Positions 12,429-26,046 are shown, numbered from the stretch's first letter. The stretch is 64,000 nucleotides of DNA from Mustelus asterias (GCF_964213995.1 NC_135803.1:66650001-66714000); one strand, 5' to 3'. Made by a program: numbers and translations. The notes: generated by a model from the letters alone, not told the origin.

Positions 12429-13947
12429 TTGCAGCTAGTGGATAGACTTTGGCGGGGGGTTGGGGGGAACATTGAGGGTGCATTTAAAATGGGAGAAAAA
12501 ACAGCAGAAGCTGGTTCTGTCCCAAATGCCTGGCCCTCCTTGTGTGGAATTCTTGCTATCTGCTCTCTTCCTCTTCATTTAAAGAAAACTTCATATTTGT
12601 AGACCATTCAACATATCAAGTCAACTCCTTCACCCTAGGTAGGGATTCTAGGATCTTGATGGTCCCTACATGCATTATACAGGATTTATATCTGGAGTAA
12701 CAGTTACTTGATCTTCAAATCGGATTTTAGAATATCAAATTTAATCTTCCATGGGGATTTTGAAGACACACAATTAGAATTTTTTTGGTTAGATTTCCAA
12801 TCAGTCTTTAAACATATGCACCAACACTCTACATCCCAGCTCACAACCAGTATGTTATAGATGTTCTAGGTCAGAGAGTTTCTATACATTGCAGCCAATA
12901 GCTTTGGAGACCGGAGATACTGTTGTTTGCCTTTTGGTATGAGGCAATCACAGAAATAGACAGGTTAGGATTTCCAATTTATCCACAATCAGCTTCTGCA
13001 AATTTACAAGATGAATTTCCCCAGTGTTATTACACTGACCTATAGACTGTAACATTGGATCAAGACAGAAGGCTTTTCATTTTTCAAGGGAGATTGCTTT
13101 CCTTAGGCAATCACATTCTAAAGGCAACACTCACTGGCCTACAGCAGAATCCTGCCGAGTGGCTAGGCTGGGGAAAATGTGCAAATTGAATTTTGAAGTT
13201 GGCTTCAGGATATCTTATGATTTTGATGCATGCGTAAGCAGAATTGCCACTTTTTTTTAAAATGGCATTTTAAATGGAGTTCATCAGAGCAAATAGGATG
13301 GAATCCATTTTATATTTCAGGAGCAAAAATACAATGAGTCAATAAAAGGAACAGTAGACCTTAAATGTTTTACGCTGCTGTTACACCTTTGGATGCTCTT
13401 CACATCTCCCAGAACCTTACTAGATTTATGATCGATGTATTTTAGAATTAATAACGGTGGGCTGCCTGTTCTGCACTCGAGAATGCAGGTTGGCAGGCAC
13501 TTAACCTGCAGCCTTGCACTTCAGATTGGTTTGTCTATCCTCAATTACCAGATGCAGGCCAGGTAATCACCCTTTCTTCTTTGTCCAGCACTATTTGCCA
13601 CCATCCAGCCTCTACCTTATTAATGGCTTGAAAGAACCATCTGCTGGTCAGCGGAGGAGAATGCTAAACAAGGTTGGCAAGAATTCTCAGTTGGCGTTAG
13701 TACAATATGCAACAAACCTTGGGCTTACTTATAACTCCAAGTCAGAGACTGCCAGGCTTGGACCCCACTTCAAACAGTTCTGGTGAGTTGAGACCTGAAT
13801 TTGCAACACTGAGTTCCAGCTTGTTATCCTATAGGACGGTCAGGTTGGATGGGTATGGGTGTGGGTGTCCCCCCCTCCCTCCCAATCCTCGCATCCATCA
13901 GTTTGTGGGAACCTGAGAAACCAATCTAGCTTACAGAACTAACCATG

Positions 13948-14252
13948 GGGGTGGCACGGTAGCACAATGGTTAGCACTGCTGCCTCATAACGCCAGGGAC
14001 CCGGGTTCGATTCACGGCTTGGGTCACTGTCTGTGTGGAGTCTGCAAGTTATCCCCGTATCTGCGTGGGTTTCCACCGGGTGCTCCGGTTTCCTCCCACA
14101 GTCCAAAAAGACACGCTGGTTAGGTGCACTGGCCATACTAAATTCTCCCTCAGTGTACCCAAACAGGTGCCGGAATGTGGCGACCAGGGGATTTTCACAG
14201 CAATTTCATTGGAGTGTTAATGTAAACCTACTTGTGACAATAATAAATAAAC
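13948..14252 (+). mobile_element. V-SINE, alternative (Rex-like) tail
   Basis: HE1 head, V-domain, cttgtgacaataataaat end. Confidence 0.95.
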
Positions 14253-15151
14253 AAAAATAATTTTAAACCCTCATAGATGGTGTGACAATGGTTACAGTTA
14301 TGGAAGGAGCATTCACATCGATGGCTATTCGACCGCTAATTAGCTTGCAAATCCTTCCATTATTCCCAATGATTTTCTGAGGGAAGAGTACAAAGGCAAT
14401 AACAGACAGGAATAACTTGCCAGCAATCATAAGAGGGCTAGCTGTGCTTGCACAATGCATGCATGTTTTACTGCACTGTTTAACCAATGAAGCATGCTGC
14501 ATTACCAAATATACGCTCCCCACCCAAGGGGGAAAGGGAAGCTAAGTAACATGCTCATTTAAGAGAGCTAGGGGCTTTGTTAGCTGGTGAAATTTTGTGG
14601 ATTAGAGAATAAACAGTTGGCCTAAGGATAAAGTGGGATTGAGTTCATTTAAAACCTTCTGTAGCAGACAGGAGTTCTGAATAAATTCCCTTCCTGCGAG
14701 GCATTTAATTAATTTTGGCCATTCATTAAAAATAAATTTCATAATAAAATGCTTTTTGAAAATAAGAAAATCTGTATAAAATATCGTGTAAAAAAATTCT
14801 ATTCAGTAAAATGTAACCACATTACTGGTCAAGCGCAGATTTGTTTTCAACAATGATCCCAGAATTATACAGCATTTTGCTTCTCCTTCATAAGCACGAA
14901 TACAGCAGATTCTGAAAAATAGTTCCAGCACACTCTTCTCTCAGTCAATAAGCTTAACAGGCATGAATATTCTTTTGATTGGCATAAAGGACTATCACAA
15001 CTATATTATATTGCCACTTCTATCAAGAAGCAAGTTCACTATAATCACTTCTGAATTGTCAGAGTGTATTAAAGACAAATGCAAATAGTTTCAATGCAAA
15101 TAATTCTCATTCTAATACGCGCACCAGAGACATGTCGAGATCTAATATTAA

Positions 15152-15477
15152 AGAATCATAGAATCATAGAATCCCTACAGTGTAGAAGGAGGCCATTTGG
15201 CCCTTCGAGTCTGCACTGACCACAATCCTACCCAGACCCTATTCCTGTGACCCCTACCTACCCTACTAGTCCCCCTGACACTAAGAGGCAACTTACCATG
15301 CCCAATCAAACTAACCCACACATCTTTGGACTGTGGGAGGAAATCGGAGTACCAGGAGGAAACCCATGCAGACACGAGGAGAATGTGCAAACTCCACACA
15401 GACAGTCGCCCGAGGCCAGAATTGAACCAGGTCCCTGGAGCTGTGAGACAGCAGTGTTATCCACTGTGCCACAGTGC
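15152..15477 (-). mobile_element. HE1-type V-SINE, CR1-type tail
   Basis: (agaatcat)n tail, V-domain, tRNA head. Confidence 0.95.
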
Positions 15478-16070
15478 AGAAAAGTTGTGGAAAAGAGAAA
15501 CCTGTTGCCAAAGATTTTAATTTTACACCCGATTTAGGAAAGAATGCCAAATTCCAGATGATTACAACAATGTATACTTCAGGCGAAAAGGATGAGAATT
15601 GGTTGGCAAAGTTGACTCGGATTGACTGTGGTGTTGCCACAGAGAAAGCAACAGGGAATTATAGCCTTCCCAAACTCCTAAGTATTCAAAAAGGTAGAAG
15701 ACTTGAACATATTCCAGTTTGCATAGAACGCGTCCCTGCATATGGATTGATGCCACTTCTAGTATGGATAAATGAGCCATTTTACAAGCTTGACTGATAC
15801 TCTTAAATTGGTTGTTACTATAACTATGAGCACATTCACGATTGTTTAGCAAGTGCTGCCCAATCATGGAACTAACAGTAGACATTCATTTTGGGTTTTG
15901 CAAGTGCATACTAGTTGAGTATGGTCTGCCTATTACCACCAAAAAAATTTCAATACAAATAATTCTCATTTTAAATACAAGCACCTGAGCCATGTCATGA
16001 TCTATTATTAAGAAAGTTGCTTAAAAGAGAGGCATTTTGCCAAAGCTGTTTGATTCATCCCAGCAATTGG

Positions 16071-16438
16071 CTTATCCCACCCATTGACTCTGTCTACACT
16101 TCCCGCTGCCTCCGCAAAGCAGCCAGCATAATCAAGGACCCCACGCTCCCCGGGCACTCTCTCTTCCACCTTCTTCCGTCCAGAAAAAGATACAAAAATC
16201 TGGGGTCACGTATCAACTGACTTAAGAACAGCTTCTTCCCTGCTGCCATCAGACTTTTGAATGGACTTATCTTGCATTAAGTTGATCTTTCTCTCCACCC
16301 TAGCTATGATTGTAACACTACATTCTGCACTCTCTCGTTTCCTTCTCTATGAACGGTATGCTTTGTCTGTATAGCGCGCAAGAAACAATACTTTTCACTG
16401 TATGTTAATACATGTGACAATAATAAATCAAATCAAAT
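16071..16438 (+). mobile_element. Rex1/Babar LINE 3' end
   Basis: IDSVYTSRCLRKAASIIKDPTLPGHSLFHLLPSRKRYK...LKNSFFPAAIRLLN, the typical Rex1/Babar C-terminus; (aaatc)n tail. Confidence 0.9.
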
Positions 16439-17979
16439 CTCATTTCTATAAGTTTTTCCTGCCATCTCTGATATTTTCATCTTCACCATTCTGAAGACAA
16501 AATGTATCACTTGCACCTTGTCTCTGCTACCGAAATCTGTTCTTAATGGGCCTACCTTACCCTTCATTACATTTTCTTGCTGTACTTCCAAAAACATTAA
16601 CTGCTCTCCCATTATCATACTCCATTTTGCCTTTACCTCCTTGAACAATATAAAATCATTATTTGCAATGAGGAAACAATGAACCATTTGAATTAATAAC
16701 ACATCAGCAATTCAGTACACAAGGGCAATCATTCGAAGCTGTGATATCTCCAACCAGCATCCAGATGATTCATTTTCTTCAGGAGCTGAGAAATGTTGTA
16801 TGAAGATTATACTGCAACATTTAACAGACTGGCTGCTTGCCAGCTTGTGTTTTATTTAACCAGCTTCAGTTTTTTAAAAAAAAAGAGCTGTGAAAATATC
16901 AGCAGGTGGTAACCTGAGTAACTGCCCTTTTGCTATCTCCAACTGATTCACGCTGGTACAAAGTGTCCACATCCAGGTGGTGATGACAGAGCTTTTGATG
17001 ATTTGCCAGCAGTGCAGTGAGCTATTTTTATAAAACTACCCTGTTTGGCATCCCAAATGCCATTACACATTGGGTATCCCTTAAAGTTATAACAGGTTCA
17101 ATATGCCAGAAATTATTACTCACTTAGTAACCTAGAAACTATTCTGGCATTTATAAAATGGGATTAAAAAAGAGAATCAAAGGGTTTATAAATAAAGAAC
17201 CTTCGCATTGGCTTTGATTATTTTTACCATAAAGAATGCATTGTTTCACAATCTACTGGAATTAAATGCAACATCATATTTATTCAAATGTGAAATTGAA
17301 CAAGACTCAGGGCAAAGCTTTAACATTTTGCTGAGCCAGGAATGGGTGAGGCCAGGAATGTGCAGTTTATACAAAAGTCAGTGTTTTTCAGCAGACCGGG
17401 GAGTTTGAACTTTACAGCACACGTGTGACATAGCTGACAGGGTTACCTGGATGTCAGCCTGGTTGACAGGCTTGGCTTCCTGTGGGGTGAGGTATGCCTG
17501 AACAAATTGCAGAAGGATTTTGATCCAAGCCTGGACCTGGGCGGGTAGTTGAATTGACAGAGTCTGAACGGGGGAAAAGGATCTGAGCAGTCCCTGACCT
17601 GGGGATTCAATCCTGGAGGAATGAAGGGGATGGTGGGGAGAAGGGGGAGGAGTCTGATTCCTGACCCTGGGGTCTGGTTGGAGGTGGTGTGGGGTGTACC
17701 CTCCTGGGGTGGGTGAGGTGTCAGAGATCAGAGGTTTGAGGGATTGCAGACAGAGGAGGTGGTGTCCGATTCAGGGTATCGGTATGGCAAATACACTGGA
17801 TCCAGGAGTGACATGCAAAGGCACTTCCTCCATGATTTAGCAGACCTCACCTCCCTTTAGCTGTCGGATTTCTTGAGGGTACACATAGCCTCATTATAAA
17901 GCTTAAATTAGCGATTCACCTCTTGGGAGAGAGTTAGTCACCCACTCTCGCACCAACTTCATTAAAACGTGAGTGGCCT

Positions 17980-18258
17980 GGGGTGGCTCGGTGGCATAGT
18001 GCTTAGCACTGCTGACTCACGGCACCAGGGACCCAGGTTCGATTCCTGGCTTGGGTGACTGTGTGGAGTTTGCACATTCTCCCCGTGTCTGCGTGGGTTT
18101 CCTCCGGGTGCTCCGGTTTCCTCCCACAGTCTGAAAGACTTGCTGGTTAGGTGCATTGACCCGAACAGGCATCAAAGTATGGCGACTAGGGGAATTTCAC
18201 AGTAACTTCATTGCAGTGTAAAGTAAGCCTTACTTGTGACTAATAAATAACCTTTAAC
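17980..18258 (+). mobile_element. V-SINE, alternative tail
   Basis: HE1 head, V-domain, cacagtaacttcattgcagtg tail; lies inside a G-rich TIR-like element (~17500-18360). Confidence 0.93.
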
Positions 18259-20293
18259 TTTTAAACTGGAGGCGGGTTGGATCACAATTTAGAATTTTCA
18301 ACACTTTTGACCTCCCACCCAACCCAAATCTGCCTGTTTTAACGAGTAAAACTCCTGCCGCTATTGTCATGTTAACACCTTTAAATACGACTGCAAGGTT
18401 TTGATCACTGATTTCTCCTCCTACATCTAATTAGCACTAAACACTGACACCAACACCAAGATTAATGCCTCATTTGAAGTTTCAAATAAACTTCAGATCT
18501 CCATTTTACATCTGCTGAACTCAAACACTTTTCAAGAAATCAATCTGCATTCCGTGTGTTGACCTGAGACTCCAGACCACAGTCCCAGAAAGTTAGTGAA
18601 TATGCATTCTTGTTCTTGAATGTTTCCACTTGTTGGCATTAGATCTGGGACACAGGCCAGTTTAAACCTTCATCAGGCTCCAAAACGGAGTTCCACGTCG
18701 GTAATAATTAGGCATGGTCATCCCCTTTAGTTTTATTTCTAATTTCCGCTTGTCCAGCCTTGTGAAACTAACCTTAATATAAACAGTGTGACTTTACACA
18801 CTGCCAGAGATTGAACAGATGAATTTGGCACCTAATCCAATGTGAAAGGGAGTATAATAGGAAATGGCCTTAGTGACATGAAGGTGTCAGTATTTGATGA
18901 ATTTGCTGTCAAATGGCTTCTCAACTGGTGATTGCATTTTAACATCAAAATGCACAGATTCTGTAGTGCAATAGCACAGACTTATCCAAGAGCTCATATA
19001 ATTATAGTGACTTTAGGAACCCCCATATCATGAAAACCTCCAAACTCTGCCATTAATTCAGATGTATAACTTTTTGAGATCTGCACCATTTGTATCCAAT
19101 AATTCTCACTGGTGAAGTCTTGGAATAGCATTTAATATTTCAGTCAAATAATTGTTTAACAGTACACAAAAGCCAACCTCTGTGAGGAGTTAATTTTTTA
19201 TTGTCATGACAGATCCATATAACATCCTCTAATTGTTAACTGTGACCAAATTCCTGCCTTTGAAAAGCATTAAGGATTTTACAACCCTGAAGTTCCTTTT
19301 GTACCCAATTACAATCAGTGCTGTGCTAGAGGTCTCAAACATTATAATTTTGGCCAAATCTCTCTTTTTCCTCAACACTGACAGTAATCAGTGAGACATT
19401 GAACAGTCCAAAACAATTTTGCACTCTCTAGCATTCAATGCTGTAACAGATTTCTGATTGGAGACAATTGCAATGCCGATTAACCCTTTCCTGCTCAGAA
19501 GCACAAAAGATGCATAACGTTAGAGACCTGCTGGTGGATTACATCACCATATTTGACTGATAAGAAGTGATTCGCAGGCAGTCTTCTAACTCCTGATACA
19601 GAGCATTGGAATGCATGAGAATTGATTGAAATTGATTTTGTACACAACCCCATTTCCCATTGTGGATGACCCTTTGCCAAACAATTGGATAAAATGTTGA
19701 GACACTGCGCTTGGTAACAAAGATATATGAGATAAAGGTGCATAGTGTAAAGGGATGTTATGTATTGTCATGTGATTCAACATTGCATTATTACATTCGA
19801 CATTGTCAGTTGACATGCTTACATGACATGACATTATGTAACACAATGTATGTGGCACAACATTACAAGTTGCATATTGCCACCTAAACAAAAATATAAA
19901 AAGTACTTTTGGAAACATTTTACCTCAAAGGTGTACTAAAGGATTTTGAAAAATCGGCAATTGAAAAATTCGCGTCTGCTCGCATCAATCCAAATTTGTT
20001 CTACCTATTGTGGTACTGTAAGATAAAACTTCTGATGACATATAACGATAATTCACACAGTGTTAGGTGACATAAAGAGTGGAAGATTTTTGTTCTCCTC
20101 CATCACAGGAATTGTGGTGAGTGGGACAGTAAATGGAATGAACCAGGCCCACATCCTTAACTTTTTCATTTTCGGTGTCCAGCAGGGCACTGTGGAGGGA
20201 TCTCAATTATCCCAAATTGTGAAATTTGATATTGTACCTGATTTGTAAAATTAACACATTTTGGCACTGGAGATGGGCAGAGGTACTACCAGA

Positions 20294-20602
20294 GGGGATG
20301 GCATGAGTGGCACAGCGGTTAGCACTGCTGCCTCACAGCGCCAAGGACCCAGGTTCGATTCCCAGCTTGGGTCACTGTCTGCGTGGAGTTTACACGTTTT
20401 CCCTGTGTCTGCATGGGTTTCCTCCGGGTGCTCCGGTTTCCTCCCTCAGTCTGAAAGACGTGCTGGTTCGGCGTATTGGCCATGGTAAATTCTCCCTGAG
20501 TGTACCCAGACAGGCACCGGAGTGTGGCGATTCGAGGATTTTCACAGAACTTCATTGCAGTGTTAATGTAAGCATACTTGTGACTAATAAATAAACTTTA
20601 AA
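20294..20602 (+). mobile_element. V-SINE, alternative tail
   Basis: Same head, V-domain and tail as 17980-18258. Confidence 0.93.
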
Positions 20603-20911
20603 CTGAGTGTAGGGTAGCAATTGGTAGCTCAAGGGCACAGGGAATGCTTAAGGTTAAACATAACACTACTGTAGCAGGGCTTGTGACCTGACTAAGCATA
20701 CAACTAAAATCCTCGAGAGATAGAGAGAGAGAGAAGGGAAGGAACTGAAAGTTATGGTTTACGTCGGAAATGTCGGTGGGTGTAGAATAAATGTACTAAA
20801 TCTATAATGATTATTTGAGGTGATAGGAAAAACTTCAAACAAAGAAAGACTTTCATTGATATTGTGCTTATTGTAACCTTCGCACATCAACCGCACTTTG
20901 CAACCATTGAA

Positions 20912-20965
20912 TTTGGATGGGAGTTTCCGGTCTCACGGTGGGTGGAACCGGAAAATCTGTCCAAA
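20912..20965. repeat. Minimal palindromic MITE-like element
   Basis: tttggatgggagtttccggt ... accggaaaatctgtccaaa. Confidence 0.55.
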
Positions 20966-21051
20966 GTCACATGCAACAATAGAACTTGAGTGACACACAT
21001 GGTGGCATGTTAGGTGACATAATGCATGTAAAAGTGTTACATGACACACTA

Positions 21052-21268
21052 TAAATGTCACCATAGTCCCAGAGGACCATAGTGCTCTCCCCCTCAAAGG
21101 GGGACTGATTGGTGGTGATTTAACCTGAGGGTCTCACCTCAGGTCAGGGGCAAGGTTTGAGAAGGCGGGGCCTTCATGAATAACCTCAGCAGTACAGAAT
21201 TGAACCCACACTGTTGGCGTCGCTCTGCATCAGGAAATAGCCGTCAAGCCAACTGAGGTAACTGACCC
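21052..21268 (-). mobile_element. tRNA-derived SINE (family C)
   Basis: Minus strand starts gggtcagttacctcagttggc (A box) ... gggttcaattc (B box); body differs from HE1. Confidence 0.7.
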
Positions 21269-21376
21269 ATTGGCACATTGTAAAACACGTTATGTGACAT
21301 AATACAACATCTAAAGCAAAACTATTAGGAAAAAATAGCTTTGAGGACTGATATTTTTAAACATTCTTAAAATATG

Positions 21377-21645
21377 GATGGTACAGTGGCAAGCACTGCT
21401 GACTCACAGCGCCAGGGACCTGGCTTCAATTCCAGGCTTGGGCCACTGTCTGTGTGGAGTTTGCACGTTCTCCCCGTGTCTGCGTGGGTTTCCTCTGGGT
21501 GCTCCGGTTTCCTCCCACATTCTGAAAGACGTGCTGGTTAGGTGCATTAACCTGAACAGGTGCCGGAGTGTGGTGACTAGGGGAATTTCACAGTCACTTC
21601 ATTGCAGTCTTAATGTAAGTCTTAGGACTAAGAAATAAACTTTAG
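21377..21645 (+). mobile_element. V-SINE, alternative tail
   Basis: Same head, V-domain and tail as 17980-18258. Confidence 0.92.
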
Positions 21646-21784
21646 TTTAAAACATCAAAAAATCTTCAAGATCTCTTTATCTTTGGTGAAAAACCATTAC
21701 ATCCCCACTCTCCCCTTGTCTTCATCTTCATGCGCAGTACCATGAGAGACAAATATGTCTACGCACGCTTCCTGTATACGGTAT

Positions 21785-22803
21785 TTAACCATTTATTTTC
21801 TAAGTGCTGGGTGGGCTTGAAATTGGGAGAATTTCAGATCCGTCTTTTGGGCGTGTTTTTAGGCCTCCCCATATGTACTCTTGCTGTGAAATTCTGAGTG
21901 AGCCTGTTGCTCGCTGCAGAAGCTTGTGGGCGGGGCTTAACACATCCGAAAGCTTGCAAAGGGAGGTGGTGCACATGTGCAGGCCTCTGATTCTTCACAT
22001 GCGCATGAGCAGTAGCAGGGGTCTGACAGACAAAGAGGGAGTTGTCAGGCCGCTGCTAGTGCAGGCAGCCTGAAGCAGCTCCCCCCTCCTGCAATCACGG
22101 GGGCCCGCGGCCTGAGATACAGCCCCCGTCAACCCCCTCCCAGCTGCTCAGACCAATTGCGGACCCCCCCACCGATCACGACCCCACTGTCCTCCCTCCA
22201 CCAATCGCTGCAGAGTGGCAGCGGGCCCCCTCCCCCATTAGCCCTGCCCCCACTGGTCCCTCCCCATTAGCCCCACCCCACCGGCCTCACCCCCATTAGC
22301 CCCGCCCACTGGCACTGCCCAGTGGGCATTGCCCAGGTGTCAGACTGGCATTGCCCAGGTGCTAGCATGGCACTGTCAGTCTGGCACTGCCCAAGAGGAA
22401 AACTCCCCTCCTTGCCCTTGGCCTTCCAGGGGGTCCACAATGGCCTCCAGTTGCACCGATGAGGCCAAGGCAACTGCTCCCCATTCATGGGTGCATGCCT
22501 ATCCCGGCCAGCGAGAACGTTTCCCGGCAAGGTTATAAAGGAAGGTGGGGGGGGGGGGCAGCTCGGACAATTAAGCGCCTGCCTCACTAATGACATGTAA
22601 ATGCTTCTTTAAATAAATTTAAATATATTAACTTGCCTCTCATCCATTACCGGCGAGAGGCTGACCGCGCCAGAAATCGGGTGCTCGTAAAATGGCGCCG
22701 GTCGCGAAAACTGGCGCCAAACGCGATATTTGCTTTAGGCCCCACTTTATGACTGCGTTGTGCCCGAAAACACACACACCAGCAAACAAGGAGATTGGTC
22801 TCC
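21785..22803. mobile_element. GC-rich non-autonomous TIR element
   Basis: CpG-rich; internal ccccattagccc and ggcactgccc repeats; AT-rich tttaaat core as in 8469-9590 and 3830-4211. Confidence 0.55.
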
Positions 22804-22962
22804 AATGGACAAAATCTACTTCGTATCCATTTGCTCATTGTTACCTGGCATTTCTTTCTTATCCTCAATGTTTGTCAAGTAGTCAAAATTCTTTTCTAAT
22901 TCTGAAACAATAGCTGCTCAATATGTGGTTAGTTCTCTTCTAATTAACACATGTCTTTAATT

Positions 22963-23640
22963 TGGGCCTTAATTTTCAGGGTGGTGAGCGCTCAAGAGCG
23001 TTATCGTGTAACCCATCCCTGCCAACCCGGGCAGACCCACTGCCATTTCACACTCAACTGAGCAATGATTGGCAGCAGGAAGAACTTCTGTCCACCCTTG
23101 GAAGAAAATCCCACCTTGGAGAGCTGTCAGAGAATCAGATTGGCCAACTGCTCTCCAACGCCTCCAGGCACTACGCTGCAGTGGCCAGAAGCAGTACTGC
23201 AGCATTGTGCCTGAGCCCAAGCCCCAGGGTCGCATTTCAGGAAGTATTGGGGTCCCGGGAGTGGGAGGATAGGGATGCCTTGGGGGGCTTGGAGGGGACA
23301 ATCTCAGTGTTGGTGGGTGGGTCTAGTGGGAGAAGGAGGGCCAGAGATCCCAGGTCCCAGAGGGGAAGACACTCAAAACTGGAGGGGCCTTTCTATCCGG
23401 GTGCCTCCACCCGTCCTGCCCAAGATGGAGATGGAAATTTGTAACTTTTTCAGTTTCCCACCCTGCTCTGACTGACGCCTGTTGGCCTAAAAACCTACGC
23501 CCTCAACCTTGTAATTGTATCTGGGTCAGGGTAGGCGGAATCCTAGGGGGCATCACATCCATGCAATTTTGTGCACCCCTACCCCACCCCCCACTCCCAG
23601 TCTCGTAACATATTGGGGAGTTGGGGAGAGTAAAATTCTG
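22963..23640. mobile_element. GC-rich non-autonomous TIR element
   Basis: Begins gggccttaattttc and ends gtaaaattctg; G-rich core. Confidence 0.5.
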
Positions 23641-24559
23641 TTATTGGAATTGCTAGACAGATTTTCTACATTCTCCTATCAGGCTTACTGACGGTACAGC
23701 ATTAAAGCTGTGCTCGCAGTTATCTCAAAAATTGTAATAATGGCTTGCTTCAGGGTTGCAGATAGACATTGCTGGCTTCAGGGCCCCAGGATAGCAAAAA
23801 GTCAACCTTTAAAACTGATGCTTCATGGGGGAATAAGGTGAAACTTGGTTACATTGTAGTTAATTTTTAATAATAGTCATTGCAAGATTTATTGAATTAA
23901 TAATTCAGGAAATGTGAAGGCAGTTTTTGTAACCAAGGCAGTATTTCAAAAGGAGGACTGCATGGTTTTGCCCGCTGCAAGGTTTTGATACATATGTTGA
24001 GTTACTATGCAGAATTAAGGACTATTTCTTCCAATTTTTACAACATTTGACCCGCCTCCCATCTACATTGTTGATATCCAACAGCATGAGATGAGAAGCA
24101 ATAAGATGGAATGATTCAAGATCATCAGGAGATGGTCGCAAATTGCCAGACTTTTAATGAGAACAATTTTCACAGTTATTGTTATTTGAAGATTAGGAAT
24201 CATCTGTGAACAACCCTCTGATACCAAATTTACTTTTTATTTCTATATCTGCTTCAATCTATCACACACTGGGGAACTAAAAACAATCAAACCAAAGAAA
24301 TCTTGATAGTAACATCAGATTGGGGCCATACATTTTCTTCCAATGCCTTAAGTATGTTGCGCTGGGTAATCAATTAACAGAAATGAATGCAAACTATAAT
24401 CATACATTTCAAATCTGTGAATATGATCTTTCCTTTCAGTTGAAACATCGTTTTAGACATCCAGCTTATGGAAACATCTAAATCATCCCCCTTCCTCCCA
24501 CACCCCCGCTATTCCTCTTCCCCCCATCAGAAAATCCATTCACGTTGGCATGAGGACGG

Positions 24560-24948
24560 AACGACATGCGTCACAACTGGTTTCCCAAGATGTACACCTG
24601 GCAAGCAGGCCACCCTGAGGAGTTCAGGTGACTGCACACTCAGGGGGGAAGAGTGTTATGCCTGGACACTGCCCCCGCGGCACCATCCCCTAGCAGTGCC
24701 AGGGGGCAGTGTGTGGTGTGGAGGTGGGAGTTCAAGGGTGAACTCATTTGCTATGGTGCCTTTAAAAATGGCGCCACAATCCTCAGCTAACTAGGTTGCT
24801 GGCAGGGTGGGTGAATCACCCATCTTGAAGTTTTTTTTCAAAGTCCTGGCCTACATGACACAGAAAGCCACAATTACTGTCGATGGCTTCAAGTCCGCTT
24901 TTCCGTCCGACATCAGCTTTTGCCAATTTCTGGGAAAATCTCACCCGC
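24560..24948. mobile_element. GC-rich TIR element fragment
   Basis: Ends gggaaaatctcaccc, the reverse complement of the start type of 8469. Confidence 0.5.
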
Positions 24949-24949
24949 G

Positions 24950-26046
24950 GAATTTGCGTGGATGAAGGGATCAAATCCTTGGTAGCTAAATTTGCTGATG
25001 ACACCAAAATAGGTAGAAGTGTAAGTTGTCAAGAGCAGCTAGGGAATCTGCAAATGGATATAGTGAGTGGGAAAAAAATTGGTAGATCGAGCAGGTACAA
25101 TTTTGTCTTTTAAAAAGCATTTAGATAGGTACATGGGTAAAATGGGTAGAGAGGGATATGGGCCAAATGCAGGCAATTGGGATTAGCTTAAGGGTTTTTT
25201 TAAAAAAAGGGCGGCATGGACAAGTTGGGCCGAAGGGCCTGTTTCCGTGCTGTAAACCTCTATGACTCTATGACTCTAAAAGCAGCATACAATTGAAATG
25301 GAGAAAGATTGCAAAACTCATGGATACAGAGGGATCTGGGTATCCTGGAACATGAATCCCAAAGTCAGCATGCAGACACAGTCAGTGATTAGGAAGGCAA
25401 ATGGAACATTGGTGTTTATTGCAAGGGGAATGGAATATAGAAACAGGGAATTTTTACTGCAGCTGTACAGGGCCAGGCCACATCTGGAGTAGTGTGCACA
25501 GTTTTGGTCGCTTTATTTAAAATAGATAGAATTGCTTTTGAAGCAATTCCTGCAAAATGAAGGGGTTATCTTATGAAGAAAGGTTGACCAAGTTGGACCT
25601 CGACCCACTCAGTTTAGGAGAATGAGAGGTGACCTTACTGAAACATATAAGATCCTGAGTGGACTTGACAAGGTGGATATCTGAAGAATGTTTCCACTTA
25701 TGCACTTATGGGGCAGGCTAAGACCAGGGGACATAGTTTAAAAGTAAGAGATCTCCATTTTAAGGCAAAGATTAGAAGAATTTATATCTCCAAAAGGATG
25801 AAATTCTCTTCCCCAGAAAGCAGTGGAGGCTATCTTTAAATTTATTCAAGCTTCAAGGCAGAGTTAGACAAATATTTGTTAGGCAAGGGAATGAAGGATT
25901 ATCGGGGGAGGGGGGGGTTGCAGGGGGGTAGGCAGACAGGAAAGTGGAGCTGAGACCATAACCAGATCAATGTGGTCTTACTGAATGGTGTAGCAGGTTA
26001 GAAGGGCCAAATAGCCTACTCCTACCTCTATGTTCCTATATTTCTA
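24950..26046 (+). mobile_element. Decayed CR1 LINE (RT to 3' tail) with a nested CR1 3' end at ~25108-25280
   Basis: VAKFADDTKIG; VIRKANGTLVFIARGMEYRNREFLLQLYR; nested fragment ends (ctatgact)n. Confidence 0.9.

Noticed and set aside
12600-13130. Possible L1/Tx1 ORF2 C-terminal remnant on -
   Set aside because: Too decayed to recover a diagnostic motif
21785-22803. CpG-island/promoter-like GC-rich block
   Set aside because: Shares motifs and layout with other dispersed TIR elements; no downstream exon seen
22962-23444. 160-aa ORF and overlapping ORFs
   Set aside because: Lie in a GC-rich non-autonomous element where stop codons are rare
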